32,000 nt of DNA from Mycolicibacterium smegmatis (GTDB lineage Bacteria; Actinomycetota; Actinomycetes; Mycobacteriales; Mycobacteriaceae), in assembly GCF_001457595.1 (NCBI RefSeq), contig NZ_LN831039.1, positions 4,710,001 through 4,742,000 of the forward strand. Direction: 5' to 3'. The notes below the pieces were generated by a model. The model had not been told where the DNA came from and made no database searches. It saw only the letters and a list, made by a program, of their open reading frames with translations. Below are positions 10,172 to 21,114 of this stretch, piece by piece. Each line of letters begins with the position of its first letter. Position 1 is the stretch's first letter. The position numbers were made by a program, and so were the translations under genes.

Positions 10172-11422
10172 TCAGTCCAGCTTCGTGGTCTCCAGCACAA
10201 CCCCCGCCGCGGGCAGCCTGGTGAGCAGCGCATCGCCCATTGCTGCGGCCGGGGTCAGCACGCCGTGCAGGCCGGAAAGCTTGTCGCGGTCGGTGGCCAG
10301 TGCCAGGCCGCATTCACCCAGCAGCACCGCGGTCGCCTTGTACCCGGGATCGCCCTGCTGGGCCATGGTCGCCACGTAGCGGGCGCCCGAGGTCGTGGTG
10401 GTGTAGGTCTCGACGCGGTAGTGCCCACGTTCGCGGGTCTGCTCGCTGGGCCCGGTGCCCGGCTTGGGCAGCACACGCTCGAGCAGACCCGAGGGAATCT
10501 TGTCGAAGAACCGCCCACCGAGGCCCATCGTCGCGGCGTTGGACGCCGTGACCAGTGCCGCCGCGATCGGCGCGGCCGGCGAACGGCCACAGCTCATCTG
10601 CTCTGCGTAGGCGAACCTGCGGCCGTACGCGTAGTCCAGCAACGCATTGCTGCGCCGCACGATTCGCGTGTTCGGACCGGCCATCGCGAATGCCCCGGTC
10701 CAGTACCCCGCCAGTTCGGGCGCGATCTCGCTGCCGCGGCGCCACCGCACGTCGGGCTGATCCCCCAGCTCGGGCTCGCGGCTGCGGTCGGGGCTCAGCG
10801 TGTACGGATCGGTCATCGCCGCGCGAGCGGCCGGATCGGTCGACGACGTACGCAGCACCTCGATCATCGACGCCGCGGTGCCACCCGAGACACCGCCTGC
10901 GAACGAACGCAGCACCAGATCGGTGTCGACGAGTTCGCCCGCGCCGTCGGCGGTGGCACGCCGGTGCAACGCGAAGACCGTCAGATCGGAAGGCACGGAA
11001 TCGAATCCGCACGAGTGCACGATCCGCGCGCCGGTGTCGACTGCCTGCTGGTGATACCGGTCGATGCTGTCGCGGATGAACATCGTCTCGCCGGTCAGGT
11101 CGGCGTAATCGGTGCCCGCGGCCGCGCACGCGGCGACCAGCGGCAGGCCGTAACGCGTGTAGGGGCCGACCGTGGTCACCACGACACGGGTGCGCGCGGC
11201 CATGTCCGCCAGCGTCGACGGGTTGTCGGCGTCGGCGATCACCAGCGGCCAGTCGGCCGCGGCACCGCCGATGCTGTCGCGGGCGGCCTGCAACTTCTCG
11301 GCCGACCGGCCGGCCAGGGCGATACGCGCGTCACCGGCGGCGCCCGCCAGGTATTGCGCGGTCAGCTTGCCGGCAAACCCGGTTGCGCCGTACAGGACGA
11401 GGTCGAACTCACGCTGCGTCAC
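10172..11422 (-). CDS. Saccharopine dehydrogenase-like / trans-acting enoyl reductase family protein
   Basis: Likely GTG start at 11422: VTQREFDLVLYGATGFAGKLTAQYLAG... (Rossmann), ETMFIRDSIDRYHQQAVDTGARIVHSCGFDSVPSD. The ORF upstream of 11422 lies over the preceding gene. Confidence 0.87.
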   Translation of the reverse strand: MTQREFDLVLYGATGFAGKLTAQYLAGAAGDARIALAGRSAEKLQAARDSIGGAAADWPLVIADADNPSTLADMAARTRVVVTTVGPYTRYGLPLVAACAAAGTDYADLTGETMFIRDSIDRYHQQAVDTGARIVHSCGFDSVPSDLTVFALHRRATADGAGELVDTDLVLRSFAGGVSGGTAASMIEVLRTSSTDPAARAAMTDPYTLSPDRSREPELGDQPDVRWRRGSEIAPELAGYWTGAFAMAGPNTRIVRRSNALLDYAYGRRFAYAEQMSCGRSPAAPIAAALVTASNAATMGLGGRFFDKIPSGLLERVLPKPGTGPSEQTRERGHYRVETYTTTTSGARYVATMAQQGDPGYKATAVLLGECGLALATDRDKLSGLHGVLTPAAAMGDALLTRLPAAGVVLETTKLD

Positions 11423-11432
11423 GGCCCCGACG

Positions 11433-13424
11433 CTACCCGAGCAACTCCGGCCACTGTGCGGGCTCGTTACGCAAGTTCTCGTCGAGGAACGCGGTGACCA
11501 CCTGATACCAGAGCTTGGCGTGCTGCGGTGTGAGCACCCAGTGGTTCTCGGCCGGGTAGTAGAGGAACCGGTGCGGACTGTCCCCGTTGTCGTCGGCGGG
11601 CAGGGCCGATTCGGTGAGCAGTTCGTACCACAGCCGCAGGGCCTCACCGATGGGCACGCGGTAGTCCTTGTCGCCGTGGATCACCAGCATCGGGGTGTTG
11701 ATCTGGTCGACGAACCGGTGCGGTGAATTCCGTTGCATCATCTCAGGCGTCATCTCCCGCGCCCACCAGTAGGCGCCGTCGGTCGTGGGCGCGAACTGAT
11801 CGAGCGCCCACAGGCTCGCGTGTGTGACGATCGCGTCGAACCGGTCGGTGTGACCGGCGACCCAGTTCGCCATGTAGCCGCCGAACGAGCCGCCCATGGC
11901 CGCGGTGCGCGACGCGTCGACACGCGGATGCTCACATGCGGCATCGGTCGCGGCCATGAGATCGGTGTAGGGCGCCTCACCCCACGCACCCCAGCCGCGT
12001 GCGATGAAGTCCTGGCCGTAGCCCGTCGACAGCGCGGGATCGGGCATGAGCACCGCGTAGCCGTGCGCGGTCAGCAGCCACGGGTTCCAGCGCCAGTGCC
12101 AGGTGTTCCAGCTGCCCAGCGGTCCGCCGTGCACCCACAGCACCAGCGGCGCGGGATCGGTGGACTCGGGCAGCGTCAGCCACGAGCGCACGGGCGTACC
12201 GTCCTCGGCCGTCGCGGTGATCTCGGTGAGGCTGCCGGGCAGTGCGGGTGCGTCGAAGCACGGCAGCTCGGTCACGGTGCCGTCGGGATCGATGCGCACC
12301 GGATGCGGTGGGACGGCGTAGGAACTGCGCAGCGCGTAGATGATCCCGCCGGGCGCCGGGCAGACATCGGTGTAGGTGTGATCGTCGTCGGTCAGCCGCG
12401 TCACGGTCCCGGTGTCGGGGTGGACGGAGAAGACGGGTCCGCGGCCGTTGTCGTCCGCGGTGACGATCAGGGCCGACGCGTCGGCAGACCAGGCCAGCCA
12501 CGACGGCCACCGGTCCCATTCGGTGGCCACTTCCGCCCACTCGCCCAACTGTTCGTCGTCGTTACCGAATCGCATGCAGCACAGGGTGATTCGTGGTGGC
12601 TCTGTGGGTGTGGAGTGCGTTTCACGGGTGAACGCGAGCGCGCCGCCGTCGGGCGCGATCACGGGATGTTCCAGGTCGGCCTGCGGATCCTCGGCGATCG
12701 TGGTCCGCGCCCCGGTCTCCCGGTCGATGCGGACCAGCGTCGAGCGGGTCGCCGCGCCGGGTGCCGGCACGTGCCAGGTCGCCACCACGAACGCACCGTC
12801 GGGGCTGACGTCGAATGTGCTCTCCCGCAACGCGACACCCGGGCGCTCGGTGAGATTGCGTGCGCCGTCGGCATCGAACAGATGGGGCAGGTCGGGCCCG
12901 AGGTCGTGGTCCCACTGCCGCACCGGATATCCGGTGTGCAGGATGGCCGACACCTTGTTGTCCTTGCGCGCCTTGCGCAGTGACCGGTCGGCCTCGACGT
13001 CCGCGGCCGACGGCAACAACGGTGCTGCCACGACGGTCACGTCCGCTGTGCGGGCGCTCGCCGCCGCGCTGACACCACCGGGCAGGCTCAGCATCTCGTG
13101 GGCCTCCCCGCCGTGCGCAGGTAGCCGCCACAGCGCGGCGGGCGGTTTCTCGTCGTCCTCGGTGGGCCGGACCGCGAGGAACAACACGTCGCCGTCCGCT
13201 GTGAACACCGGCGCCGATTCCCCTTTGAGCCCGCGGGTCAGCCGGCGCGCCGGTTGCTGCCCGGCCGGATCCAATTCCCATAACGCGGTGACGAATTCGG
13301 TCCGTTTCGCATTGAGTGTGCTGACCGTGGTGACCACGCGCGTGCCGTCCGGCGAGACTGCCAGTCCAGAAACTCGCGGGAGGTCGAGATAGGCGTCGAG
13401 GTCGTGAAACGGCGTGGAATTCAT
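11433..13424 (-). CDS. S9 family peptidase (prolyl oligopeptidase-type)
   Basis: 663 aa; nucleophile motif GGSFGGYMANW, WVHGGPLGSW, C-terminal FYYPAENHWV (His). Confidence 0.93.
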   Translation of the reverse strand: MNSTPFHDLDAYLDLPRVSGLAVSPDGTRVVTTVSTLNAKRTEFVTALWELDPAGQQPARRLTRGLKGESAPVFTADGDVLFLAVRPTEDDEKPPAALWRLPAHGGEAHEMLSLPGGVSAAASARTADVTVVAAPLLPSAADVEADRSLRKARKDNKVSAILHTGYPVRQWDHDLGPDLPHLFDADGARNLTERPGVALRESTFDVSPDGAFVVATWHVPAPGAATRSTLVRIDRETGARTTIAEDPQADLEHPVIAPDGGALAFTRETHSTPTEPPRITLCCMRFGNDDEQLGEWAEVATEWDRWPSWLAWSADASALIVTADDNGRGPVFSVHPDTGTVTRLTDDDHTYTDVCPAPGGIIYALRSSYAVPPHPVRIDPDGTVTELPCFDAPALPGSLTEITATAEDGTPVRSWLTLPESTDPAPLVLWVHGGPLGSWNTWHWRWNPWLLTAHGYAVLMPDPALSTGYGQDFIARGWGAWGEAPYTDLMAATDAACEHPRVDASRTAAMGGSFGGYMANWVAGHTDRFDAIVTHASLWALDQFAPTTDGAYWWAREMTPEMMQRNSPHRFVDQINTPMLVIHGDKDYRVPIGEALRLWYELLTESALPADDNGDSPHRFLYYPAENHWVLTPQHAKLWYQVVTAFLDENLRNEPAQWPELLG

Positions 13425-13581
13425 GCTTCGTTGCTAGCACATCCGGACTTCATCCGGATTTAACGCGAGGTGATCGGCGGGACACACAGCAAGGGTTAGC
13501 GTACGACCGGTACACCGTCAGTACCCCGGAAATCCTACGAAGAAACACCCCTTTCAACTCCTTCCCCCTGCGGAGGTTTTT

Positions 13582-14931
13582 GTGCCACCTGACGTACAAG
13601 ACGCCCTCGACACGATGGCGACGATCAACAACGAGTTCTACTACTGGGTGTCCATCGCGTTGATGTTCCTCATCCACGCGGGGTTCCTCGCCTACGAGGT
13701 CGGCGCATCCAGGTCGAAGAACGTGCTTGCCACCGCGATGAAGAACCTGCTGGCCCTGGCCACCATCATCGCGTCCTTCTACTTCGTCGGCTGGTTCCTC
13801 TACAACGCGATGCCCAGCGGGTTCATCGAGTTCAACGAGGCAGCCAAGGCTGCGCTCCCGTGGGGCGACAACATGGGGCCCAACGTCCAGGACTCGGCCA
13901 GCGGCATCTTCTGGGGCGCGTTCGCGCTGTTCGCCGCGACCACCGGGTCGATCATGTCCGGCGCGGTGCTCGAACGCATCCGCACCAGCGGATTCCTCAT
14001 TCTCACAGTGCTCGTCGGTTCGGTGACCTGGATAATCGGCGCCGCGTGGGGCTGGCACGGCGCCGGCTGGATGCTGACCAAGCTGGGCTTCCATGACGTG
14101 GGTGCCGCGGGCTGCGTCCACATGATCGCGGGCTTCGCGACCCTCGGCGTTCTGATCAACCTCGGTCCGCGTATCGGACGCTTCTTGCCCGACGGCACCC
14201 CGGTGACCATCCGTCCGCACAACCTGCCGCTGACCATGCTGGGCCTGATGCTCATCTTCACGGGCTTCTTCGGCTTCCTGATGGGCTGCATCATCTACGC
14301 GGGCGACGGCCTGACGACCATCTACGCGAGCCCGACGACCATGAGCGCGTTCGCATTCAACACCCTGATGGGCCTGGGCGGTGGCATCATCGGCGCCTAC
14401 CTGACATCCAAGGGTGAACCGTTCTGGACCATCTCGGGTGGTCTGTGCGGTGTCATCGGCGTCGCCGCGGGCATGGATCTGTACCACCCGACGCTGGCCT
14501 TCGTCATCGCGTTCGGTGCCGGTGCGGTCGCTCCGTTCATCGGCAGGCTGCTGGAGAAGTTCAAGATCGACGACGTGGTTGGTGCGGTTTCCGTGCACGG
14601 CGGCATCGGCCTGTACTCGCTGCTGATGTCCGGCATCTTCCTGCACGGCTACCCGAACACCGGTGGCAACCCGTCCATCTCGTTGTGGGGCCAGGCGATC
14701 GGCGCCGCGGTGTTCGCCGCTCTGGGCTTCATCCCGACGTACGTCGTTTCGCTGGGACTCAAGAAGGTTGGGCTGCTGCGCATCCCGAAGGAAGTCGAGG
14801 AGCAGGGCCTGGACCTCACCGAGGTTCCCGCCACCCCGTACCCCGAGGGCATCCCGGTCACGGCCATGCCGGTCAACGGCAACGGCCATGCCAAGACCAA
14901 CGGCAAACTCGTCACCACCGCGGAGGTGTAA
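13582..14931 (+). CDS. amt: Ammonium transporter (Amt family)
   Basis: 449 aa; AAWGWHGAGWMLTKLGFHDVGAAGCVHMIAGFATL, FNTLMGLGGGIIGAYLTSKGEPFWTISGGLCGVIGVAAG. GTG start with GGAGG at 13572-13576. Confidence 0.95.
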   Translation: MPPDVQDALDTMATINNEFYYWVSIALMFLIHAGFLAYEVGASRSKNVLATAMKNLLALATIIASFYFVGWFLYNAMPSGFIEFNEAAKAALPWGDNMGPNVQDSASGIFWGAFALFAATTGSIMSGAVLERIRTSGFLILTVLVGSVTWIIGAAWGWHGAGWMLTKLGFHDVGAAGCVHMIAGFATLGVLINLGPRIGRFLPDGTPVTIRPHNLPLTMLGLMLIFTGFFGFLMGCIIYAGDGLTTIYASPTTMSAFAFNTLMGLGGGIIGAYLTSKGEPFWTISGGLCGVIGVAAGMDLYHPTLAFVIAFGAGAVAPFIGRLLEKFKIDDVVGAVSVHGGIGLYSLLMSGIFLHGYPNTGGNPSISLWGQAIGAAVFAALGFIPTYVVSLGLKKVGLLRIPKEVEEQGLDLTEVPATPYPEGIPVTAMPVNGNGHAKTNGKLVTTAEV

Positions 14932-14934
14932 CTT

Positions 14935-15153
14935 ATGTTCAGTCCGATCGACAGTTACGACGATGCCTCGGTGGTCTTCACGTTCGGCGGATACTCCGTG
15001 GGCGTGTGGGTCTTCTTCCTCCTCTCACTGGCGCTCTTCGTGGGCTTCTTCGTCCGGATGATCCAGCACGAGAACAGGGCGTACAAGGCCATCATCGAGC
15101 ACAAGCCCGTCGAACCCGGGCCGGCCGCCGAAGGCGAACCGACCCCCTACTGA
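14935..15153 (+). CDS. Small hypothetical membrane protein downstream of amt
   Basis: 72 aa with one clear transmembrane stretch (VGVWVFFLLSLALFVGFFVRM). Starts 3 bp after the amt stop. Confidence 0.75.
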   Translation: MFSPIDSYDDASVVFTFGGYSVGVWVFFLLSLALFVGFFVRMIQHENRAYKAIIEHKPVEPGPAAEGEPTPY

Positions 15154-15191
15154 TCCCACCGGATTGTCAACCGAACACAACCGAATACGAC

Positions 15192-15229
15192 GAGAAGCGC
15201 CCCGGCCATTCGGCCGGGGCGCTTTTCTC
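15192..15229 (+). terminator. Rho-independent, probably bidirectional, terminator between convergent genes
   Basis: GAGAAGCGCCCCGGCC / GGCCGGGGCGCTTTTCTC stem with a 4-nt loop between the 72-aa gene (+) and the DUF3445 gene (-). Confidence 0.85.
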
Positions 15230-15237
15230 GGTGATCT

Positions 15238-16230
15238 CTAGTGGCGTGCAAGCCATTCCACGGCGCGGTCGCGGTAGCCGATGATGCCCTTGTAGTCGGC
15301 CATGTCATCGGGCAGGTCGGCCAGCACCGCCGCGAGCCGGTCGCGCCACGGCCCGACCGTGGCGATGTCGGCGAACGGCAGCATGTACGTGCGGATCAAA
15401 AAGCAGATCGCGCCCGACTCCGGCAGCCGGATCAGGTGCTGCAACTCGACACGCAGATGCACCAGGCGGCCGAACGTCTCGTCGTCGACGCCGTTGATCA
15501 TCGCCCGGTCCGGGCCCCATTCCGGGTACCGCTCGGTCGACACGTCGAGTTTGCGCCCGATGGTGAGCGTCCAGTTGGTGCGCCGGTAGGTTTCGCCCGG
15601 CTGCAACCGCATCAGGAACTGGCGTGCGCGGGTGATCACACCGGTCTCCCGCAATCGCGGTACCGGGCCGTGGATCTCCAGGAACGTCATCCCGACGTCG
15701 AACCCGAACGACCAGTCCGCGGCGAAGGTCACCACGCCGGCGTCGCCGAACAGATCGTCGTCACGCTGGTCGAGCAGCACGATGTCGTCCTGCACCTGCC
15801 CGGCGATGTAGGCCAGCGGTTCGGACGGAAGCGTCGACTCGTCACCGTAGGTGAAGCTCTGCGAGATCCCGAGACGCTTGTTCTCCCAGTGCCACACGCC
15901 GTCGCTCTCGGTCAGTGACATGGTGTCGGGGTAGGCCGTGGCCATCTCCCGCATGAGCGTCACCATGGCATCCCAGCACGCCGCGCGCATGTGCGGCAGC
16001 ACGGCGTACCGGGTCGGGTCGGCTGCGAGAATCTCTGCGCGCTGGGCGAGTTCGTGTTCGTACTCGCTGTCGATGTCGACGACGCGTTCGCCCCACTGTC
16101 CCGCAGGCGTCGAGACCGCTCCGCCCGCGGGTTCGACGTTGGTGCTGTAGCGGTACCGGTCGGTGGGGAACGGGAACGGAAAGGTCTCCACCAGGTCGGG
16201 TGCGGACAGCCGTTCGGGCGTGATGGTCAC
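15238..16230 (-). CDS. DUF3445 / heme-dependent oxidative N-demethylase family protein
   Basis: 330 aa from GTG at 16230 (VTITPERLSAPDLVETFPFPFPTDRYRYS...); FLMRLQPGETYRRTNWTLTIGRKLD and HLRVELQHLIRLPESGAICFLIRTYMLP are typical of the family. GTGA overlap with the upstream gene. Confidence 0.85.
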   Translation of the reverse strand: MTITPERLSAPDLVETFPFPFPTDRYRYSTNVEPAGGAVSTPAGQWGERVVDIDSEYEHELAQRAEILAADPTRYAVLPHMRAACWDAMVTLMREMATAYPDTMSLTESDGVWHWENKRLGISQSFTYGDESTLPSEPLAYIAGQVQDDIVLLDQRDDDLFGDAGVVTFAADWSFGFDVGMTFLEIHGPVPRLRETGVITRARQFLMRLQPGETYRRTNWTLTIGRKLDVSTERYPEWGPDRAMINGVDDETFGRLVHLRVELQHLIRLPESGAICFLIRTYMLPFADIATVGPWRDRLAAVLADLPDDMADYKGIIGYRDRAVEWLARH

Positions 16231-17168
16231 AGGGCGAGCTCCAATCGTTCTCCGGCGGCGCGGGATACGCACGCCATGAGCGCATCCCCCGCCTGCTTCT
16301 CGTCGTCGCTGAGGTACGTGTCGCGGTGCAGGATGTCACCGCGGGCCACGGGGATCCGGCACTCGCCGCACACCCCCTGCCTGCACAGGTTCGGCACGTT
16401 CTGCCCGTTCTTCTCAAGGGCTTCGAGCAGTGAAACCCCCGAGGGGACGGTGAGGGTCTGCCCCGTCCCGGCGAGTTCGACCTCGAACGGTTCACCCGCG
16501 TCGAGCGCGTCGACGCCGAACCGCTCGGAGTGGATCCGGCTTGGGGGCCAACCCAGTTCGCGCGCCTGGGCGATCACGTCGTCCATGAACGTGCCAGGTC
16601 CGCACACGTACAGGTGGGTGCCGATCGGCTGGCTGATGAGCGCCGCGGTGAGTTCGGAGTGGAACCGGTCGCGGTCGGTGCAGACCCGTGCGGGCATCCC
16701 CAACTGCTCGACCTCGTCCAGGTAGGCGCCACGTCCCGCGCGGTGGATGTAGAGGAGTCGGGCGTCGGCGCCCCACCGCTTCGCGCTGTACAGGTGCGAC
16801 ATCATCGGGGTGATGCCGATGCCCGCCGCGACCAGGAGGTGCCGACGCGCCTTGTGCACCGGGGCGAACGCACTGCGTGGCGCGCTCACGTCGATGGTCT
16901 CGCCGATGCGCACCTCGTCGTGGATCCAGCGAGAACCACCGGAACCGTTCGGGCACAACAACACCGACACGACGTAGCGCATCGGGGACACTCCGTCACC
17001 GGTCAGCGAATAGGCGTTGGCGACATCACCGCACTGGAGCACCACGTGGCTGCCCGGCGGGTACGACGGCAGCGCACGACCCTCGGGATGTGCCAGGCGC
17101 AAGGTGCGCACACCCGGCACACTGTCGTCGATCTCGGTGATCACCAGTTGCATCACGGGTTGTGTCAC
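16227..17168 (-). CDS. PDR/VanB-type ferredoxin reductase (phthalate dioxygenase reductase family)
   Basis: 313 aa from GTG 17168; FAD/NAD-binding region (LLVAAGIGITPMMSHLYSAKRWG, YVCGPGTFMDDV) and C-terminal 2Fe-2S motif NLCRQGVCGECRIPVARGDILHRD. Confidence 0.9.
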   Translation of the reverse strand: MTQPVMQLVITEIDDSVPGVRTLRLAHPEGRALPSYPPGSHVVLQCGDVANAYSLTGDGVSPMRYVVSVLLCPNGSGGSRWIHDEVRIGETIDVSAPRSAFAPVHKARRHLLVAAGIGITPMMSHLYSAKRWGADARLLYIHRAGRGAYLDEVEQLGMPARVCTDRDRFHSELTAALISQPIGTHLYVCGPGTFMDDVIAQARELGWPPSRIHSERFGVDALDAGEPFEVELAGTGQTLTVPSGVSLLEALEKNGQNVPNLCRQGVCGECRIPVARGDILHRDTYLSDDEKQAGDALMACVSRAAGERLELAL

Positions 17169-17695
17169 GGGGTCACCACCTGCTGCTCGGCATCCACCAT
17201 GTATCCCAGGAACGCACCGGCCCGGCGCGAAACGTGGTAGTGCACCACGAGTTTGCGCCCGCATCCGGTGCAGCCCACCAGGCCGTCGATCTCGACCGCG
17301 GCGGTGGTGACGGCGCGGCAGTGCGTACAGAACACGTCGCGGTGGGCGACCTCGGTGCTCGCGATCGTGATCTCGTCGTCGGCGATACCGTGCGCGAGGG
17401 CGTGGGCACGCACACGCAGATTCAGGTGAGCGGGGCCGGCGGTCATCAGTCGCCAGCCCACCACCGCGGTGGCGACCGCCGCGTCGATGACCGCGCGGGC
17501 CTGCTCGTCGGTGTCGACGCGGTGCACCTCGACGCTGTTGCGGTGGTCACCGAGTTGACCCTCCCACCGCGTGATCACGTCCTGGGCGTGACCGATCGCG
17601 ATGATTGTCCAGGCCCGTCCCGACGTATCCGCGTCGGGCACGGTGGCGGTGATGGTCCATGGCGGCACGCTGGTCAACTCCAGAGCAGGTCTCAT
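17165..17695 (-). CDS. Dimethylamine monooxygenase subunit DmmA-like protein
   Basis: 176 aa from ATG 17695; C-terminal zinc-ribbon-like CTHC...GCTGCGRKLVVHYHVSRRAGAFLGYM. Family call rests on this motif plus the two partner genes. Confidence 0.75.
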   Translation of the reverse strand: MRPALELTSVPPWTITATVPDADTSGRAWTIIAIGHAQDVITRWEGQLGDHRNSVEVHRVDTDEQARAVIDAAVATAVVGWRLMTAGPAHLNLRVRAHALAHGIADDEITIASTEVAHRDVFCTHCRAVTTAAVEIDGLVGCTGCGRKLVVHYHVSRRAGAFLGYMVDAEQQVVTP

Positions 17696-17860
17696 CGGCC
17701 CTTCCTTCCGGTGGCCCGTTCGGGACACCTCGGGTAAACACGTATCGCCGCCAGGAAACCACCGGTTGGTTTCGCCGTTGTGAAGTCGATGTCTCAACCT
17801 TTTGACGGCCTGGCCGAATCCCGCGCACCAGCCCGGTTGCGGCCCCGATACATTCGACGG

Positions 17861-19539
<1,679 letters not shown>

Positions 19540-19577
19540 TCACATTTCTGCAACCGCGCGATCACTAATGGGTTCGC

Positions 19578-19591
19578 GTGAGCCACGTCAC
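19578..19591. promoter_or_regulatory. Candidate CRP/FNR-type binding site upstream of rpfE
   Basis: GTGAGCCACGTCAC is a perfect GTGA-N6-TCAC palindrome 87 bp upstream of the rpfE start. Confidence 0.5.
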
Positions 19592-19723
19592 GCGTTACAC
19601 AGGAGGCTGAAGTTTTTTTCGGGGCGGGCGTTCTTCAGGTGGCAGAAGGGCCTGGAGAGGAAACAGAAACGGTGCCGAGCAATGCCCGACACCCGCTTCT
19701 GACCTGCTCGAAAGCAGCTTCGA

Positions 19724-20224
<501 letters not shown>

Positions 20225-20430
20225 TCACACGCAGGTTCGTGGTTTTGAAATTGTTTGCCCTCATCGGGGCTCGGGTAGAAACCTACAAAGGTCTCGAAGC
20301 GAAGTCATGTCGGTGTCGGACCGATCCCGGGCAGATAACGGTCCGATAACGACTCGATGAGATAAACGTTCATGCAGGTCATGTTGCGGATTCGGCGACC
20401 TGCACGAACAAGCCCTGGGACAATTAAACG

Positions 20431-20467
20431 TGAGGCAGATCACGATCATTTTGTGAACTGGGTCACC
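20431..20467. promoter_or_regulatory. Two candidate CRP/FNR-type sites upstream of the rpf paralog
   Basis: GTGAGGCAGATCAC (20431-20444) and GTGAACTGGGTCAC (20454-20467) are both perfect GTGA-N6-TCAC. Confidence 0.5.
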
Positions 20468-21114
20468 GAAATCTGTCTCGGTATGTGGGTCAGTGAGCCG
20501 GCACACAGCGTCATCGCGGACTTTGGGCACCAAACATGCAGGTAGACGGCAATCCGCACGCCCAAGAGGCCTCAGCTGGCGACTTTTTCGTTCGCTGCCA
20601 GACCACCTCTCGGACGGTCGGGCAGCCGGCCGCGAAAACCACTGGGACACAGGGTGATAACGGCCCGTGGCGCGACGCGGTTCGGGACTTCGACTCTGGC
20701 CGGGGCATCTCTCGTACGCCGGGAGAGACCTGTAATCCGTAGGCGTACAGCGGGTTTCGGCACAAAGAGGGCGGCCGCACCCGCGGCAGAACGCACGCCG
20801 AGACACGCCCGCACCCCTTGCCGATGCAACAAACCCCGTGGTCAGCGACCGCGTGGTTAGTTAGGCGGGCTAGCGCATCCCCCGCCCCGGCACTCCCCGG
20901 CGAAATACCGCCCGCGAAACACCTCCGAAACATCAACGGAGCCAGTAGGTCTCATGACCCTATTTGACGACCGCCGCACCTCCCAGGCCCGGAAGCCCGC
21001 AATCAAACGGCCCGGATAAAACCGCCGAATATCGGCAATTTATCTCGAAACGATAAATTCAGGCCAGATCGCGGACAATTTCGCAATTTGCTGAAATCGA
21101 GCACGCATATTCGG

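Noticed and set aside
13462-13560. GlnR box upstream of amt
   Set aside because: GlnR control of amt would be expected, but I could not find a clear GTNAC-N6-GNAAC type match by eye, so no site is claimed.
13450-14889. 479-aa minus-strand ORF opposite amt
   Set aside because: Antisense to a certain Amt transporter; composition typical of mirrored codons.
20261-20806. 181-aa minus-strand ORF and overlapping short ORFs in the rpf-mobA gap
   Set aside because: Low-hydrophobicity Arg/Pro/Ser-rich sequence without motifs; competing ORFs in several frames. Treated as noncoding unless peptides are found.
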